Part shown: positions 24,966-37,283 of the stretch, piece after piece
Layout of the letters: every line of letters starts with the position of its first letter
Numbering within the stretch: the first letter of the stretch is position 1
Assembly: GCF_001194135.2 (NCBI RefSeq)
Contig: NC_068985.1
Coordinates: 51,969,178 to 52,033,177, forward strand
Reading direction: 5' to 3'
Length of the DNA stretch: 64,000 bases
Source: Octopus bimaculoides
Taxonomy: Eukaryota
The notes under the pieces: model-generated
Told to the model about the DNA's origin: nothing
Seen by the model: only the letters and a program-made list of their open reading frames with translations
The model's database searches: none
Position numbers and translations under genes: made by a program

Positions 24966-25280
24966 GTAAATAATTTGACTGCGGCCATGCTGGAGCACCG
25001 CCTTTAGTCGAGCAAATCGATCCCAGTACTTCTTCTTTGTAAGCCTAGTACTTAGTCTACCGATCTCTTTTGCCGAACCGCTAGGTTACGGGACGTAAAC
25101 ACACCAGCATCTATTATAGGCACAAGGCCTGAAATTTTTGGGGAGGGATGAGTCAATTACATCGACCCGAATGCGTAACTGGTACTTAATTTATCGACCC
25201 CCAAAAGGATGAAAGGCAAAGTAGATCCCGGCAGCATTTGAACTCAGAACCGCTAAATATTTCTCCCGGTGTGCTAATAT
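24966..25280 (-). mobile_element. SINE A tail (~24966-25115) followed by SINE C (~25115-25280)
   Basis: Reverse-complement matches to the A tail and C central motifs. Confidence 0.75.
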
Positions 25281-25813
25281 AGATAATAATATTAATAAAA
25301 ATATTTCATTAGCTTAAAGCTTATAAGCNNNNNNNNNNNNNNNNNNNNNNNNNNNNNNNNNNNNNNNNNNNNNNNNNNNNNNNNNNNNNNNNNNNNNNNN
25401 NNNNNNNNNNNNNNNNNNNNNNNNNNNNNNNNNNNNNNNNNNNNNNNNNNNNNNNNNNNNNNNNNNNNNNNNNNNNNNNNNNNNNNNNNNNNNNNNNNNN
25501 NNNNNNNNNNNNNNNNNNNNNNNNNNNNNNNNNNNNNNNNNNNNNNNNNNNNNNNNNNNNNNNNNNNNNNNNNNNNNNNNNNNNNNNNNNNNNNNNNNNN
25601 NNNNNNNNNNNNNNNNNNNNNNNNNNNNNNNNNNNNNNNNNNNNNNNNNNNNNNNNNNNNNNNNNNNNNNNNNNNNNNNNNNNNNNNNNNNNNNNNNNNN
25701 NNNNNNNNNNNNNNNNNNNNNNNNNNNNNNNNNNNNNNNNNNNNNNNNNNNNNNNNNNNNNNNNNNNNNNNNNNNNNNNNNNNNNNNNNNNNNNNNNNNN
25801 NNNNNNNNNNNNN

Positions 25814-26155
25814 AAATAATTTGACTGCGGCCATGCTGGAGCACCGCCTTTAGTCGAGCAAATCGACCCCAGGACTTATTCTTTGTAAGCCTAGTACTTA
25901 TTGTATCGGACACTTTTGCCGAACCGCTAGGTTACGGGGATGTAAACACACCAACATCGGTTGTCAAGCGATGTTGGGCGGACAAACACAGATACACAGA
26001 CATATACGTCGGGCTTCTTTCAGTTTCCGTCTACCAAGTTCACTCACAAGGCTTTGGTCGGCCCGAGGCTATAGTAGAAGACACTTGCCCAACGTGCCAC
26101 GCAGTGGGATTGAACCCAGAACCATGTGGTTGGTAAGCAAGCTACTTAACACACG
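25814..26155 (-). mobile_element. SINE family A, near full length
   Basis: Tail (ttgactgcggccatgctggagcacc) through head (gattgaacccagaaccatgtggttggtaagcaagctactta). Confidence 0.85.
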
Positions 26156-26264
26156 TGTGCCCTGAGATCCCCATTGACAGGCATCTGATATAAAATAGTG
26201 TTAACATTATGGTATGCAGATTAGTAGCTCCAGTTGTCTGTAGCTACTGTGATTTTTGCATGTC

Positions 26265-26473
26265 CTGTAAGTTCACGGTCATCATTTCACCGTAGGGAAA
26301 GTTCACCGTCATCAATTCATTGTTTTTTCCCCCATAAAATAGCTTTTAACTATTAACGGTGAGGTACTATGGATATATCTTCTCGGCATAATTTCCTCGC
26401 GGTGAAATTTCTTCACGGTTAATTGATGGCAGTGAACTCTCCTGCGACGAATTGATGTTAGTGAACTTACCTG
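26265..26473. mobile_element. Foldback/MITE-like element with ~55-bp imperfect terminal inverted repeats
   Basis: Left gtaagttcacggtcatcatttcaccgtagggaaagttcaccgtcatcaatt versus reverse complement of the right end ggtaagttcactaacatcaattcgtcgcaggagagttcactgccatcaatt; ~25-bp subrepeats within the arms. Confidence 0.55.
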
Positions 26474-26630
26474 CAATCTAATTTTTGAGTATATGAACAG
26501 ATTAGTTGCTTGTTTCTCTGGGATTGACTAAATTGATGTAGACGACTCTGATGAGAATCCAATGAGATTCGTAAATTGATTACGGCTACGGAGAAATAGC
26601 TAAATTAGCCCTGTTTCTATATCTACTATA

Positions 26631-26840
26631 CAGGGTGTCCACAAATTCTGGGTACATAGGATTAACAGATACTTTAATAAATTATTATTTCTTATATTTA
26701 ATTGTTTATGTTATGATTTTATTTACTCCATGTACCCACATGGGGATTAACATACTTTTAAGAAATTATTATTTCTAATATCTAATTGTTTATGTTATGA
26801 TTTTATTTACTCCATGTACCCAAACCTTGTGGATACTCTA
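26631..26840. mobile_element. Tc1/mariner-type MITE (TA-flanked) with an internal ~75-bp tandem duplication
   Basis: TA|cagggtgtccacaaattctgggtacat ... atgtacccaaaccttgtggatactcta|TA; internal unit gattaaca..ttatgattttatttactccatgtaccca occurs twice. Confidence 0.7.
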
Positions 26841-26861
26841 TATAAGTTATATATATATATG

Positions 26862-27022
26862 CGACAGGATTCTCTCAGTTTCTGTGAACCAAATCCACTC
26901 ACAAGGCTTGGTTGGCCCGAGGCTATAGTAAAAGACACTTGCCCAAGGTACCATGCAGTAGGACTGAATCTAAGACCACATGGCTGCGAATCAAAGTTTT
27001 CAACCACTTAGCCAATGCTGCC
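26862..27022 (-). mobile_element. SINE family A head
   Basis: aaccaaatccactcacaaggctt..ccgaggctatagtaaaagacacttgcccaaggt. Confidence 0.75.
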
Positions 27023-27625
27023 CCTATTACCAGTTATATGTTTAAAATATTAAAAAAAAAAGAAAGAATGAAGAACATGAGGCATGCTTAAAGACATATA
27101 GTAGAAAAAAATAACCATAGAACCAGTCATTGAAATAACAATAGAAACGGCTTCAGAAAACAGCAGTAGAATAACGACTTGTATATATAAAAGGAAACAA
27201 CTATACACCGAGCAAAGACGTGAACAAACTGAGTTGATGGTGATAAGATATAAACAATAAATGACGAGAAGGTAATAAAGCAAAAAATTAAATTTGCTAT
27301 CTCTTGTCTTTTCGCATTTAATTGAGCAAGACGTCTAGTAAGGTGCCCACCCTCAATAGCCTCTCAGACACCACTACTAATCTCAAAAGCCTTACACTCA
27401 CCGCGCGCGCGACACGCGCACACACACACACACACACACTGAGATTACAATGTCTTATTTTTTGTTTCTTTTTAAAACATTTTTATTTGCATAATCTAGT
27501 TATGTTTTGTTTTCGCTCGGTTTGATAACAAAACACGTAAAACAGATGAGAATTTAAAATTTTTTTACGTTACAAAAAAAAAAAAAAATCGGAAAAACAA
27601 AACAAAAGCAAAAATGAAAAAAAAA

Positions 27626-28002
27626 CAGGCATGGCTACGTGGTTAAAAGGCTCTCCTTGTAGTCGCGTAATTTGAGTTCAGTCCCGCTGAGCGGCACCTT
27701 GAGTCAGGGTTTTCTACTATAGCCCTGAGCCGAGCAATGCCTTGTGAGTGAATTTGGTAAACGGAAAATGCGAAAGCCTGTTTTACACACACACACACAC
27801 ACACACATAAAGCGTATATGTCTGTGTCTTTGAGCNNNNNNNNNNNNNNNNNNNNNNNNNNNNNNNNNNNNNNNNNNNNNNNNNNNNNNNNNNNNNNNNN
27901 NNNNNNNNNNNNNNNNNNNNNNNNNNNNNNNNNNNNNNNNNNNNNNNNNNNNNNNNNNNNNNNNNNNNNNNNNNNNNNNNNNNNNNNNNNNNNNNNNNNN
28001 NN

Positions 28003-28035
<33 letters not shown>

Positions 28036-28200
28036 AAGCGTATATGTCTGTGTCTTTGAGCTTGTGTTATTTCCACTCCCAACGCCTGACAAGCGGGTTT
28101 AGTCTGCTTACTTACTTCCCCGTAACAAACATATCGGTTCGGCAAAGGAGACCTACAGAATAAATATCAGGTTTAAAAGTAAATACTGGGTTGATTTAAT
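27626..28200 (+). mobile_element. SINE family A (head and tail around an N-gap)
   Basis: aggcatggctacgtggttaaaag..gagttcagtccc..ccttgtgagtgaatttggtaaacggaaa; tail ccccgtaac..cggttcggcaaag. Confidence 0.75.
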
Positions 28201-28574
28201 CGTCAAACTCTCTCTTCTTAAAATTTGTGTCCTTGTGTTAAAATTGGAAACAATCATTATAAACTGGTCCTGTTCTGAAATGAGATAGAATTACTTATTG
28301 TCACTACCGTATTTCGCAATATTTTATACTTGGTTTTAACTGTAAAAACTGGGATTCGACTTAAACACAGAGCAAAGCTAGAATCATGTAACAAACATTT
28401 TGGGCCAATACTTAATACATATCATACATACACATATGGTACATATATGTCATATATATATGATACATGTATATCATATTGCTGTCTATAGTGTTTACAT
28501 ACATTATGCACATGTACATATATATATACATACATACGCGCGCGCGCAAACACGCATACGCACGCGTATAACAG

Positions 28575-29100
28575 AGCCAGATGTTTGTCTCACCGGTGAG
28601 AACGTTGAAGTTGTTGACAGCGGCATTAGCTGCGAGTCTAAAAAGACTTGAACGAACTGGTGCAGTTGTTTAGTGCTGAGCAGGAGGACAAAAGTTCAGG
28701 TCTTTAGGTGTCTGGTCCTCCTTGTCCAGTTCTATAGTTGTGAAACTTGGACACTGTTTGGAGCCCTTAGGAGCCGCCTGAATTCCTTTGGTACCAGAAC
28801 CTTTTGCATGATTATGGGTTACCATTGGTCGGATTTAGTATTCAGTCAACGGCTCTACTCAGAAACTGGGATGCGTCCTGTTACTTCTATAATTCGATAG
28901 CGCCTGCTTAGACTGTTTGGTCATGTTACTTATCGTGCTTTCTTCACTGAGATTCCGGTTGGGTTGATGGCTCGTGCAGATCAACCACGTGTCACATGGC
29001 CACGGTAGATGAGGTATCTCACTGAGATGCGGACTAATTGGGGCTCTGCTGGACGGGTCACCTGGGACGACTGGGGAAAATGCAGACAAATGGCGAATGC
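28575..29100 (+). mobile_element. RTE-clade LINE 3' fragment
   Basis: GENVEVV; LSRRTKVQVFRCLVL..FYSCETWTL..RLNSFGTR..IMGYHWSD..SQRLYSETG..IR*RLLRLFGHV, typical of the RTE RT C-terminus. Confidence 0.8.
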
Positions 29101-29411
29101 AGCAACAACTGACAAGCCATGAATAGCCATCTATGTGTCATGCTTGACATATATACATCCTTGAAAGTCATGATGCTGTGGAATTTTTTGTGCGAGAGAA
29201 AATCTCTTCATAGACGTACAGTGTTAAGAAAACACACACTATAAATCGGAAAGAAGTGATTATCGTCTGAATCACAATATTTAATGACATATCTAACTCG
29301 AAATGACATAGGATCTGTCATGAGCTCTACGACTCATAAGGTTACATCCTGAATTTGACGAAGGCCCGTCGTAGCGTTAACTTTCCAACTATTGTTAGAA
29401 ATTATTATATA

Positions 29412-29524
29412 GTTGAGTGGACTGGAGCATCGTGTAATGGTTACACCGCCTGGCCCAGGAATCGAAACTGTGATTTTACAGTCGTGAGTGCAACACCCTA
29501 ACCACTTCGGCACGCACCTTCACA
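29412..29524 (-). mobile_element. SINE family B head fragment
   Basis: gagtggactggagca..ccaggaatcgaaac..gtcgtgagtgcaacaccctaaccact..gcaccttcac matches the B head in reverse. Confidence 0.6.
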
Positions 29525-30148
29525 TGACATTTACGCCATAAATATAACAATAATTTTGATGAAGTTCGATGGCGACAATATAGCGATATCTTGACATAAG
29601 TAGAAGCAAAATGGTCGACTTGCTAGAATATTGAACAATCAGTTTATTGTTTTGTTAATGTAAAAGCACTATAATTATAGATTTCCTTATTAAAGGAAAA
29701 TGTATTATATCATTTAAGAATGAAATCTGAACACAATCTCATTCAAAGCACATAACTATTTATCTACTGGTTTCAATTTTCTGGTTTAACCTTTTAGCAC
29801 TTAAACTGGCCATATCAGGAACAAATATTCTACTTGTTTTATGCTCAAACCTACCAGATCCAGTGAGAGACTATATTCTAAAAGTACACAATTGCATCAT
29901 CGAAGTCTCAATACCTGTGATAAGCATTACACTTGACAGAAATCTGAATGCTAAAGGGCTAAAATATAAACTCTAGAACATAGTATCAAAATAATACGTA
30001 ATATTCCCACAATTCAATGCGGCTCTCTTCGCCCTTCTACGTCATCCCATCTACCAACTCTGCCTCAGCTCTCCCCTTACTCTAACTCATCTCCACTAAA
30101 CTCTTTGTCCAGTCCTTTCTTCTTTTTCAAAATCCTGTCGGTATAGGC

Positions 30149-30468
30149 CTGTAGTTCTCAACCGGGGTCCATATAAGGTGTTGCGGTGTCCATGGAAGCA
30201 AAATAGTAGATTGGATATCCACAGTGGTATGTTAATTGCCCATGAAAACGTTTTGATTTAGATGTATTTATTGGAAGAAACAGTTAGGTTTCTTTCTCTA
30301 ACGTTTTACATTAACCTTTACAAGTTAATGTATGAATAACAAAATAGAGATTTTGAAAAAAGGATCTATAAAATTAATTTTTAAACATCGAATAGTTACG
30401 GGGGTCCACCAGAATAGAATATTAATCAAAGTATTCCATAGAAAAAAAAAATGGTTGAAAACCCCCTG
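30149..30468 (+). mobile_element. Complete hAT-type MITE (320 bp) with 8-bp TSD
   Basis: GTATAGGC at 30141-30148 and 30469-30476; imperfect TIRs ctgtagttctcaacc and ggttgaaaaccccctg. An 8-bp TSD with CAG-like ends is a hAT hallmark. Confidence 0.88.
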
Positions 30469-31228
30469 GTATAGGCTTTCCACTCACTTAACACATTTGA
30501 ACTATTAAAAATATCAGCCTAATTTTGCTCAAATCACACGGTAGCTGTCATGAAATCGGAAGGACACAGAAAATGTAGTTTTTGGTGAAACATCGAATAC
30601 GCTTTGCTTCAGCTGAAAGTGCAGAAGCTACTAAGAGAACTTTCAAGCTCTTTTTTAAATCCATTACAACGTTAGAAACCTTTCCGTGTCGTCAGCAGGT
30701 ATCTAAGTTCACAAGCTTTTCACCCCATGGCCTCTACGCTTTGTTTGAATGGGGCAGCAATGGAAGGCTACAGACAATGTAGTTCCAAATACATTTTGTC
30801 TAAATAAAAGATCGGATGGTTATAGGTAGAAGACTTTCATTTGGTTCTACGGTTTGGATCGAAAGAAACGCAGAGTTAAAATGGTTGCGGACTAAAGTAC
30901 CGAATAAAAATTAATAAGTCGGTGTCAATTCTAACAGAATTGCAAGCTTCAATAGTTTCTAAAATATTCTTGAGCAAAAAAAAAAAAAACTTTAAAAAGA
31001 AGACAAAAAAGAAAAACAAACAAAAACAAAACGATGAGAATAACATATAAATACAAAATTATATAAACATATATAGACATATACATGCAAATATCTATAC
31101 ATATATGTCTATATATTGTATATGTGTGTATATGTATATAAATGTGTGTGTATATATATATAGATATATATATATATACACACACACATACATACGTACA
31201 TACATACATACACATATATATATATATG

Positions 31229-31272
<44 letters not shown>

Positions 31273-31616
31273 CACACATTTGTAAGTACGTACATAGACA
31301 TATATATTATGCATGTTTGTGTTTGTATGCGTTTATATATATAGATGTATTTGTGTGTGTATACATATATGTGTGTGCATGTGTGTGCATATGTAAGTAT
31401 GGGTATGTATGTATGTATGTATTTATGTGTGTGTGTGTAAGTGTGTGCATTTCATAGGAATTATTTTTCTGTAAAATAACTTCATATTCTTTCTCGAAAT
31501 TCAGACGACTTTACCATTCCAGTTAATGTTATCTTTTTAAGTTTGTGTACTTGACACTGTTGTTATTGCTGTTGTTGTGAGTATGTCTGTGCCACTTGTG
31601 CATGGGTGTGTATATG

Positions 31617-31687
<71 letters not shown>

Positions 31688-32779
31688 NNNNNNNNNNNNN
31701 NNNNNNNNNNNNNNNNNNNNNNNNNNNNNNNNNNNNNNNNNNNNNNNNNNNNNNNNNNNNNNNNNNNNNNNNNNNNNNNNNNNNNNNNNNNNNNNNNNNN
31801 NNNNNNNNNNNNNNNNNNNNNNNNNNNNNNNNNNNNNNNNNNNNNNNNNNNNNNNNNNNNNNNNNNNNNNNNNNNNNNNNNNNNNNNNNNNNNNNNNNNN
31901 NNNNNNNNNNNNNNNNNNNNNNNNNNNNNNNNNNNNNNNNNNNNNNNNNNNNNNNNNNNNNNNNNNNNNNNNNNNNNNNNNNNNNNNNNNNNNNNNNNNN
32001 NNNNNNNNNNNNNNNNNNNNNNNNNNNNNNNNNNNNNNNNNNNNNNNNNNNNNNNNNNNNNNNNNNNNNNNNNNNNNNNNNNNNNNNNNNNNNNNNNNNN
32101 NNNNNNNNNNNNNNNNNNNNNNNNNNNNNNNNNNNNNNNNNNNNNNNNNNNNNNNNNNNNNCCATACACACATCCACACTCAGGAACCACTTCCATTATC
32201 ATCATCATGATGAGCAGCAGCAGCAGCAATAGTAACAACAACAGCAGCACAGCTAGAAAGCAAAGCAAACCGCCTCGGTTTACTATCCCCTTGTCTTATA
32301 AATATCCCCCCCCCCATATCTCCTTATATACACTCCTACACTCTAGAACTTTCTCAGTGATTTTTTTTTAGCCTATTTATATCACAAAACAACAACAAAC
32401 AACTAAATAACCATGCAAACAAGTACAACAACGACAAGCTTATAATTCATGGTGGAAACTAATATTCTCGATTCGTGTAAAGCGAAACCAAGAGAATAAA
32501 AATTCTTAGTTTGTCTTTCAGTGAGTTGTCAAGTATTTTAGTACAGACGTTAATATATCAAAGCTGTCGTGACATGAAGAACATCACGGAGAAGAACATG
32601 TATGTTGAGGTGGACATCTTGTTGTTCTTCTGCTCTTCGTAGTAAAAGTATTATGGATGGCACCGTTTTTTGGCGGGTATTGACGGGTAGGTATTGATTC
32701 TGGTCAAAGAATGCTAATTGGCCACGAGAGATTGTAGTCACTTCAGACAGGAAAAAAAATGTAAGCACACCGATTGCAA

Positions 32780-33340
32780 CAATAATGGTCACAGTAACCG
32801 CCGTACCAACGTCATCACCATCACCATCACCGCTCCGAACCACCACGACCACGACCTCTATCATCGCCACAGTCACAAACCTTTGCAATAACAACTACCA
32901 CTGCGACTATAAGAGCAAATACCATACTAACCATAACAACAACCACCATCACAACAACCACTACAACTATCATCGCAACTACTGAAAACATCACCAATCT
33001 AATCATCAGAACATCAGCTAACGAATTCACCACCGCTCCAAATACTACTACCACAACGATCATTGGAACCACTGCAACAACCATTACTATAACAGCGACC
33101 ATAATAACTTTCACGATCATCACCACTACACCAACCACATCGACCATCATAGTACCTACTACTATAAATACGACTACCATCGCGACGACGATGACCACCA
33201 CCACTACCACCACATCACCCATCACAACAATCAGCACATTAACCACAACGACAATACCTACAACAACCAGTATGTACCTCCCACACATTAACTACCACAC
33301 TAAGCACTACCGTAATAAACACCACATCCACCAATACCTT
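32780..33340. repeat. Low-complexity (ACC/ATC/AAC/ACT)n tract
   Basis: Direct reading; yields Thr-, His- and Val-rich spurious ORFs. Confidence 0.85.
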
Positions 33341-33727
33341 ATGAAACATCACTATCACATTAAACATCCTGTCTGTGCGTACATGCAGCTATGGCACAAT
33401 TCTTTACTAATGCAGAGTTATTTCCTCAAGTGTTTCACTCTAGATAACCATCATATTTTGAAGGGTCTTAAATCTTACATAATTCGTTTCGTAGGCCCCT
33501 TTTTCTCTCTCCTTTAAAGTTTATATAACGAACCTGTCTCTCATTGCACGCTTTTAGTAATTGCCTTGAAACTATTTAAAATTCATCATCGTGAATAGAT
33601 ATTTAGCCATGCAAATTCATACTGCATGCATACATACATACATACATACATACATACATGCATACATACATACATACATACATGCATACATACATACATA
33701 CATACATACATACATACATACATCTTA

Positions 33728-35010
33728 TTAGGTTGTCAAGAAAGTTCTTGCAGTTTTTAACCCTTAAATTCAGATGCACATATCTCGGCTCAAACAAAAC
33801 TTTATTAATCGAAAGAAACACCATCAGAATCAACACACTTTTGCCAACGCGAAACAAGTTTATTTACATCAGTAGCGTAAAAATATTGCTTTCTGGTGGC
33901 GATGAAGTCGTTGAAGGCGTGTTTGGCATCGTCTTCGTTTTTAAAGCATTTCTCACACAGGAAGTTGTCGAGATGCTTGAAAAAGTGGTAGTTGGTAGGC
34001 GAGAGGTCTGGTGAGTATGGCGGATGAGGCAGAGTTTCGTAGCCCAATTCGTTCAACTTCTGCAGGGTCAGTTGTGCGACATGCGGCGGAGTGTTGTCGT
34101 GAAGAAGAATTGGTCCTTTTCTATTGACCAATGCTGGCTGTTGTTGTCGGAATTTCTTATGCATTCCATCTATTTGCTGACAGTACTTTGCCGTAATGGT
34201 TTCGCCTGGATCCAAAAAGCTGTGATGGATGAGACCGATCGCAGACCACCAAACAGTCACCATAACCATCTTTTGGTGAAGCTTTGGCTTCGGGAAGTGC
34301 CGTGAAGCTTCGTCAGCGTCCAACCACTGAGCTGAGCATCGCCGGTTGTCGTAAAGAATTCACTTTTCATTGCAAGTCACAATCCGGTCGACAAACGGGT
34401 CTTTCTTGTTGCGCAAAAGAAGGGAAGACGACACTTCAAAACGGCGTTTTAGTTTTGGTTGTCGTTCAATTGATGCGGCACCCGTTTATCAAGTATTTTT
34501 GTTTTTCCAATCTCTTTCAAGTGGTTGGAAATTGTCGTATACGTTACGTCTAATTCAGAAGCAAGCTCTCGAACAGTTGTGCGTGGATTGGCTTCCACTA
34601 AGGCTCTTAGTTGATCGTTGTCAACATCCGATGGCCGACGAATACGCTTATCATCATCAAGACTCTCATCACCGCTACAAAATTTCTTGAACCACCATTG
34701 TGCTGTACGTTCATTTGTGGTTCCTGGGCCAAACGCATCGTTGATATCGCGAGCTGTTTCAGCAGCTTTCGGCCTAGCTTGAACTAGAATAATAAAATTG
34801 TGCGAATTTGCTTTTTGTCCATGTTGTATTCAACGTTCCAGAAAAATGGCCTAATTATTCAAAAAGAAAAACAGTAACACGATTAGATAGAGCGAAAAAC
34901 GGGCTTTAAAATGATATATAAAGTCAAAGTGATTTAACGAAAATTAATTTGAAAATACATCATTTAAAACCAAAATTAAAAATTCCGCAAGAACTTTCTT
35001 GATAACCTAA
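33728..35010 (-). mobile_element. Full-length mariner element (1283 bp), cecropia/Hsmar1-like
   Basis: TA TSDs at 33726-27 and 35011-12; TIRs TTAGGTTGTCAAGAAAGTTCTTGC and TTAGGTTATCAAGAAAGTTCTTGC. Confidence 0.93.
33805..34822 (-). pseudogene. DD34D mariner transposase pseudogene
   Basis: MDKKQIRTILLF*FKLGR(fs)AAETARDINDAFGPGTTNERTAQWWFKKFC..RVPHQL..DRIVTCNEK*ILYDN..VMVTVWW..LLHDNTPPH..HPPYSPDLSPTNYHFFKHL..SRWQKCVDSDGVSFD*; several stops and frameshifts. Confidence 0.92.
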
Positions 35011-35436
35011 TATAAGCAATTTTTCATGTTTTGTTTTCATTTTTATGAATATACACAAATACATGCAATTCTGAATATGTACGCATACATGTATCTATGT
35101 ATATATGCCATAGAACCTTACTAGACATCAATATTCAATTGTTGTCCAAGCCTAGTTAGGTTACCTATGAAGAAAACCAAACAATACCAAAGTAAGCGAT
35201 ACCCACAAGCTATCAATCCACAGACACTTTCCACTTTAGAAGAATAAAGGACAACGCAGAATAACAAGACTAAAATATAAGAAATTCACTATGGAGTATG
35301 ACGTTTGTTGTTCACACCTGGACAGTACTATTTACTCTGGTGATATCCACAGTTACAAATCTAGACACTGCCTTATTACGGAAGGACTTGGTACTTTTTT
35401 ATTGTATTCTGTGAGCCGTCGTAACGTTTCTATTTA

Positions 35437-35672
35437 GCGCTCAGCTCAGTGGTTGGACGCCGACGAAGCTCCACGGCACTTCCCGAAGCCAAAGATGCAC
35501 TAAAAGAAGGTTATGGTGACTGTTTGGTGGTCTGCGGCCGGTCTCATCCATCACAGCTTTTTGGATCCAGGCGAAACCATTACGGCGTAGAAGTACTATC
35601 AGCAAATGGATGAAATGCATAAGAAACTCCGACAACGACAGCCAGCATTGGTCAATAGAAAAGGACCAATTA
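35437..35672 (+). mobile_element. Internal fragment of the same Hsmar1-like mariner, opposite orientation
   Basis: ctcagtggttggacgccgacgaagct..gcattggtcaatagaaaaggaccaatt is a highly similar reverse complement of about 34110-34335; no TIRs. Confidence 0.88.
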
Positions 35673-36205
35673 TTACAAGTAGCAACATAAGAGTAAAGAA
35701 ATAGTGATAACTTATTCCTCCAAAATATTACTTGTAACAAAGAACTAAATCCAAAAACGACATTTAGACAATATAACAAAGACAGACAACTAGATACTTT
35801 GATCCTCAATTAACATGACATTATGAAAATGATATCACACCCCAAACACGATTAGTGAAATAGTTCATTGGGTAAACACTGTCCTCGAAAATGTACAAGG
35901 AAAGGGACGAACTTAAATCAATAACTATGAAACAAGTTCAATACTACAAAATATATCCAAAGTCTTGCGAATGGATTCGTTTGAGGGAAACTTTAAGTTT
36001 CGCAGGCTCCTAACGAAAGCCCATCTCTTTCAGACTTTGTATTGCCGAATGAATAGGTATAGGAAGTCAAAGATGGCTACCAGAAGATAGGTTGCCATTA
36101 GTCAAGACGGGTGACATGGTGATGGCAAAGAATGTTGTCAAAGAATATAAGCTCCTTAGCGACAGCAGTTCCATCAGAATGGAGAATTTCTTTATATATA
36201 CATAT

Positions 36206-36544
36206 AGGCACAGGTGTGGCTGTGTGGTAAGAAGATTGCTTCCCAACCACATGATTCTGGGTTCAGTCCCACAGCGTGGCACTTTGTGCAAGTGTCTTCT
36301 ACTATAAATTCGGGCTGATATATATGCATATATCTATATGTGTGTGTGTTTGTATCTTTTTTTGACACCTACCAACACTCGACAATCGGTGTTGATGTGT
36401 TTACGTCCCAATAACTTAGCGGTTCGGCAAAAGAGACCGATAGAATAAGTAACAAACTGTGAAAAATAAGTCCTGGGGTTGATTTGCTCGACTAAAACCC
36501 TTCAAGGCGGTGCCCCAATGATTGAAATAAGTAAAAGATAAAAG

Positions 36545-36547
<3 letters not shown>
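36206..36547 (+). mobile_element. SINE family A, full length
   Basis: Head aggcacaggtgtggctgtgtggtaag..ggttcagtccc, short internal microsatellite, tail ending gtaaaagataaaagata. Confidence 0.85.
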
Positions 36548-36576
<29 letters not shown>

Positions 36577-36620
36577 TATATATATATATATATGTATATA
36601 TAAATAAATATACATACATG

Positions 36621-36718
<98 letters not shown>

Positions 36719-37236
36719 AACACATACACACACACACATATATATATGTGTATATACATACACATATATACATACATCTATAATGGAAAAATAAAAATTA
36801 ATAACATTTAACTGCAAAGAAACTAAATGATCCATTATAAATAAACGGCCTACAAGCTTGTTACTTGGGAACAATTTAGATTACTCTTAGTTATAGAATA
36901 AATAAATCTGCATGTAGTTTAAATCAATATATACACTTACAAACTACAAGCATTGAATACTGCTGAAACAAAATTACTACCGAAATAATGTTAGCGATAG
37001 AGAAACCCCACGCGTTGCAGAGAAATCAACAGAAACCATACTCACGTCTTAACCCGATGCTGCAAAACACTGACAGAACGATGTCTGTCAACGGACGGAA
37101 GCTAGTCTTAACTACCCAACGGAAGTGTGTTGTACACTAACAGTGAATGACAACAACTCAGCGGAAGAGAAGTCGTACACAACAGTTAATGATAGCCAGC
37201 GCCCCACCAACAAACTTCTAAACAGTGGTTTAATCA

Positions 37237-37283
<47 letters not shown>

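Noticed and set aside
32785-33517. Mucin-like Thr/Ser/His-rich ORFs
   Set aside because: Low-complexity trinucleotide DNA; frames are broken by stops and lack exon signals.
36090-36180. Minus-strand MELLSLRSLYSLTTFFAITMSPVLTNG as an alternative signal peptide
   Set aside because: Weak hydrophobic core and a non-consensus donor (GTAGCC).
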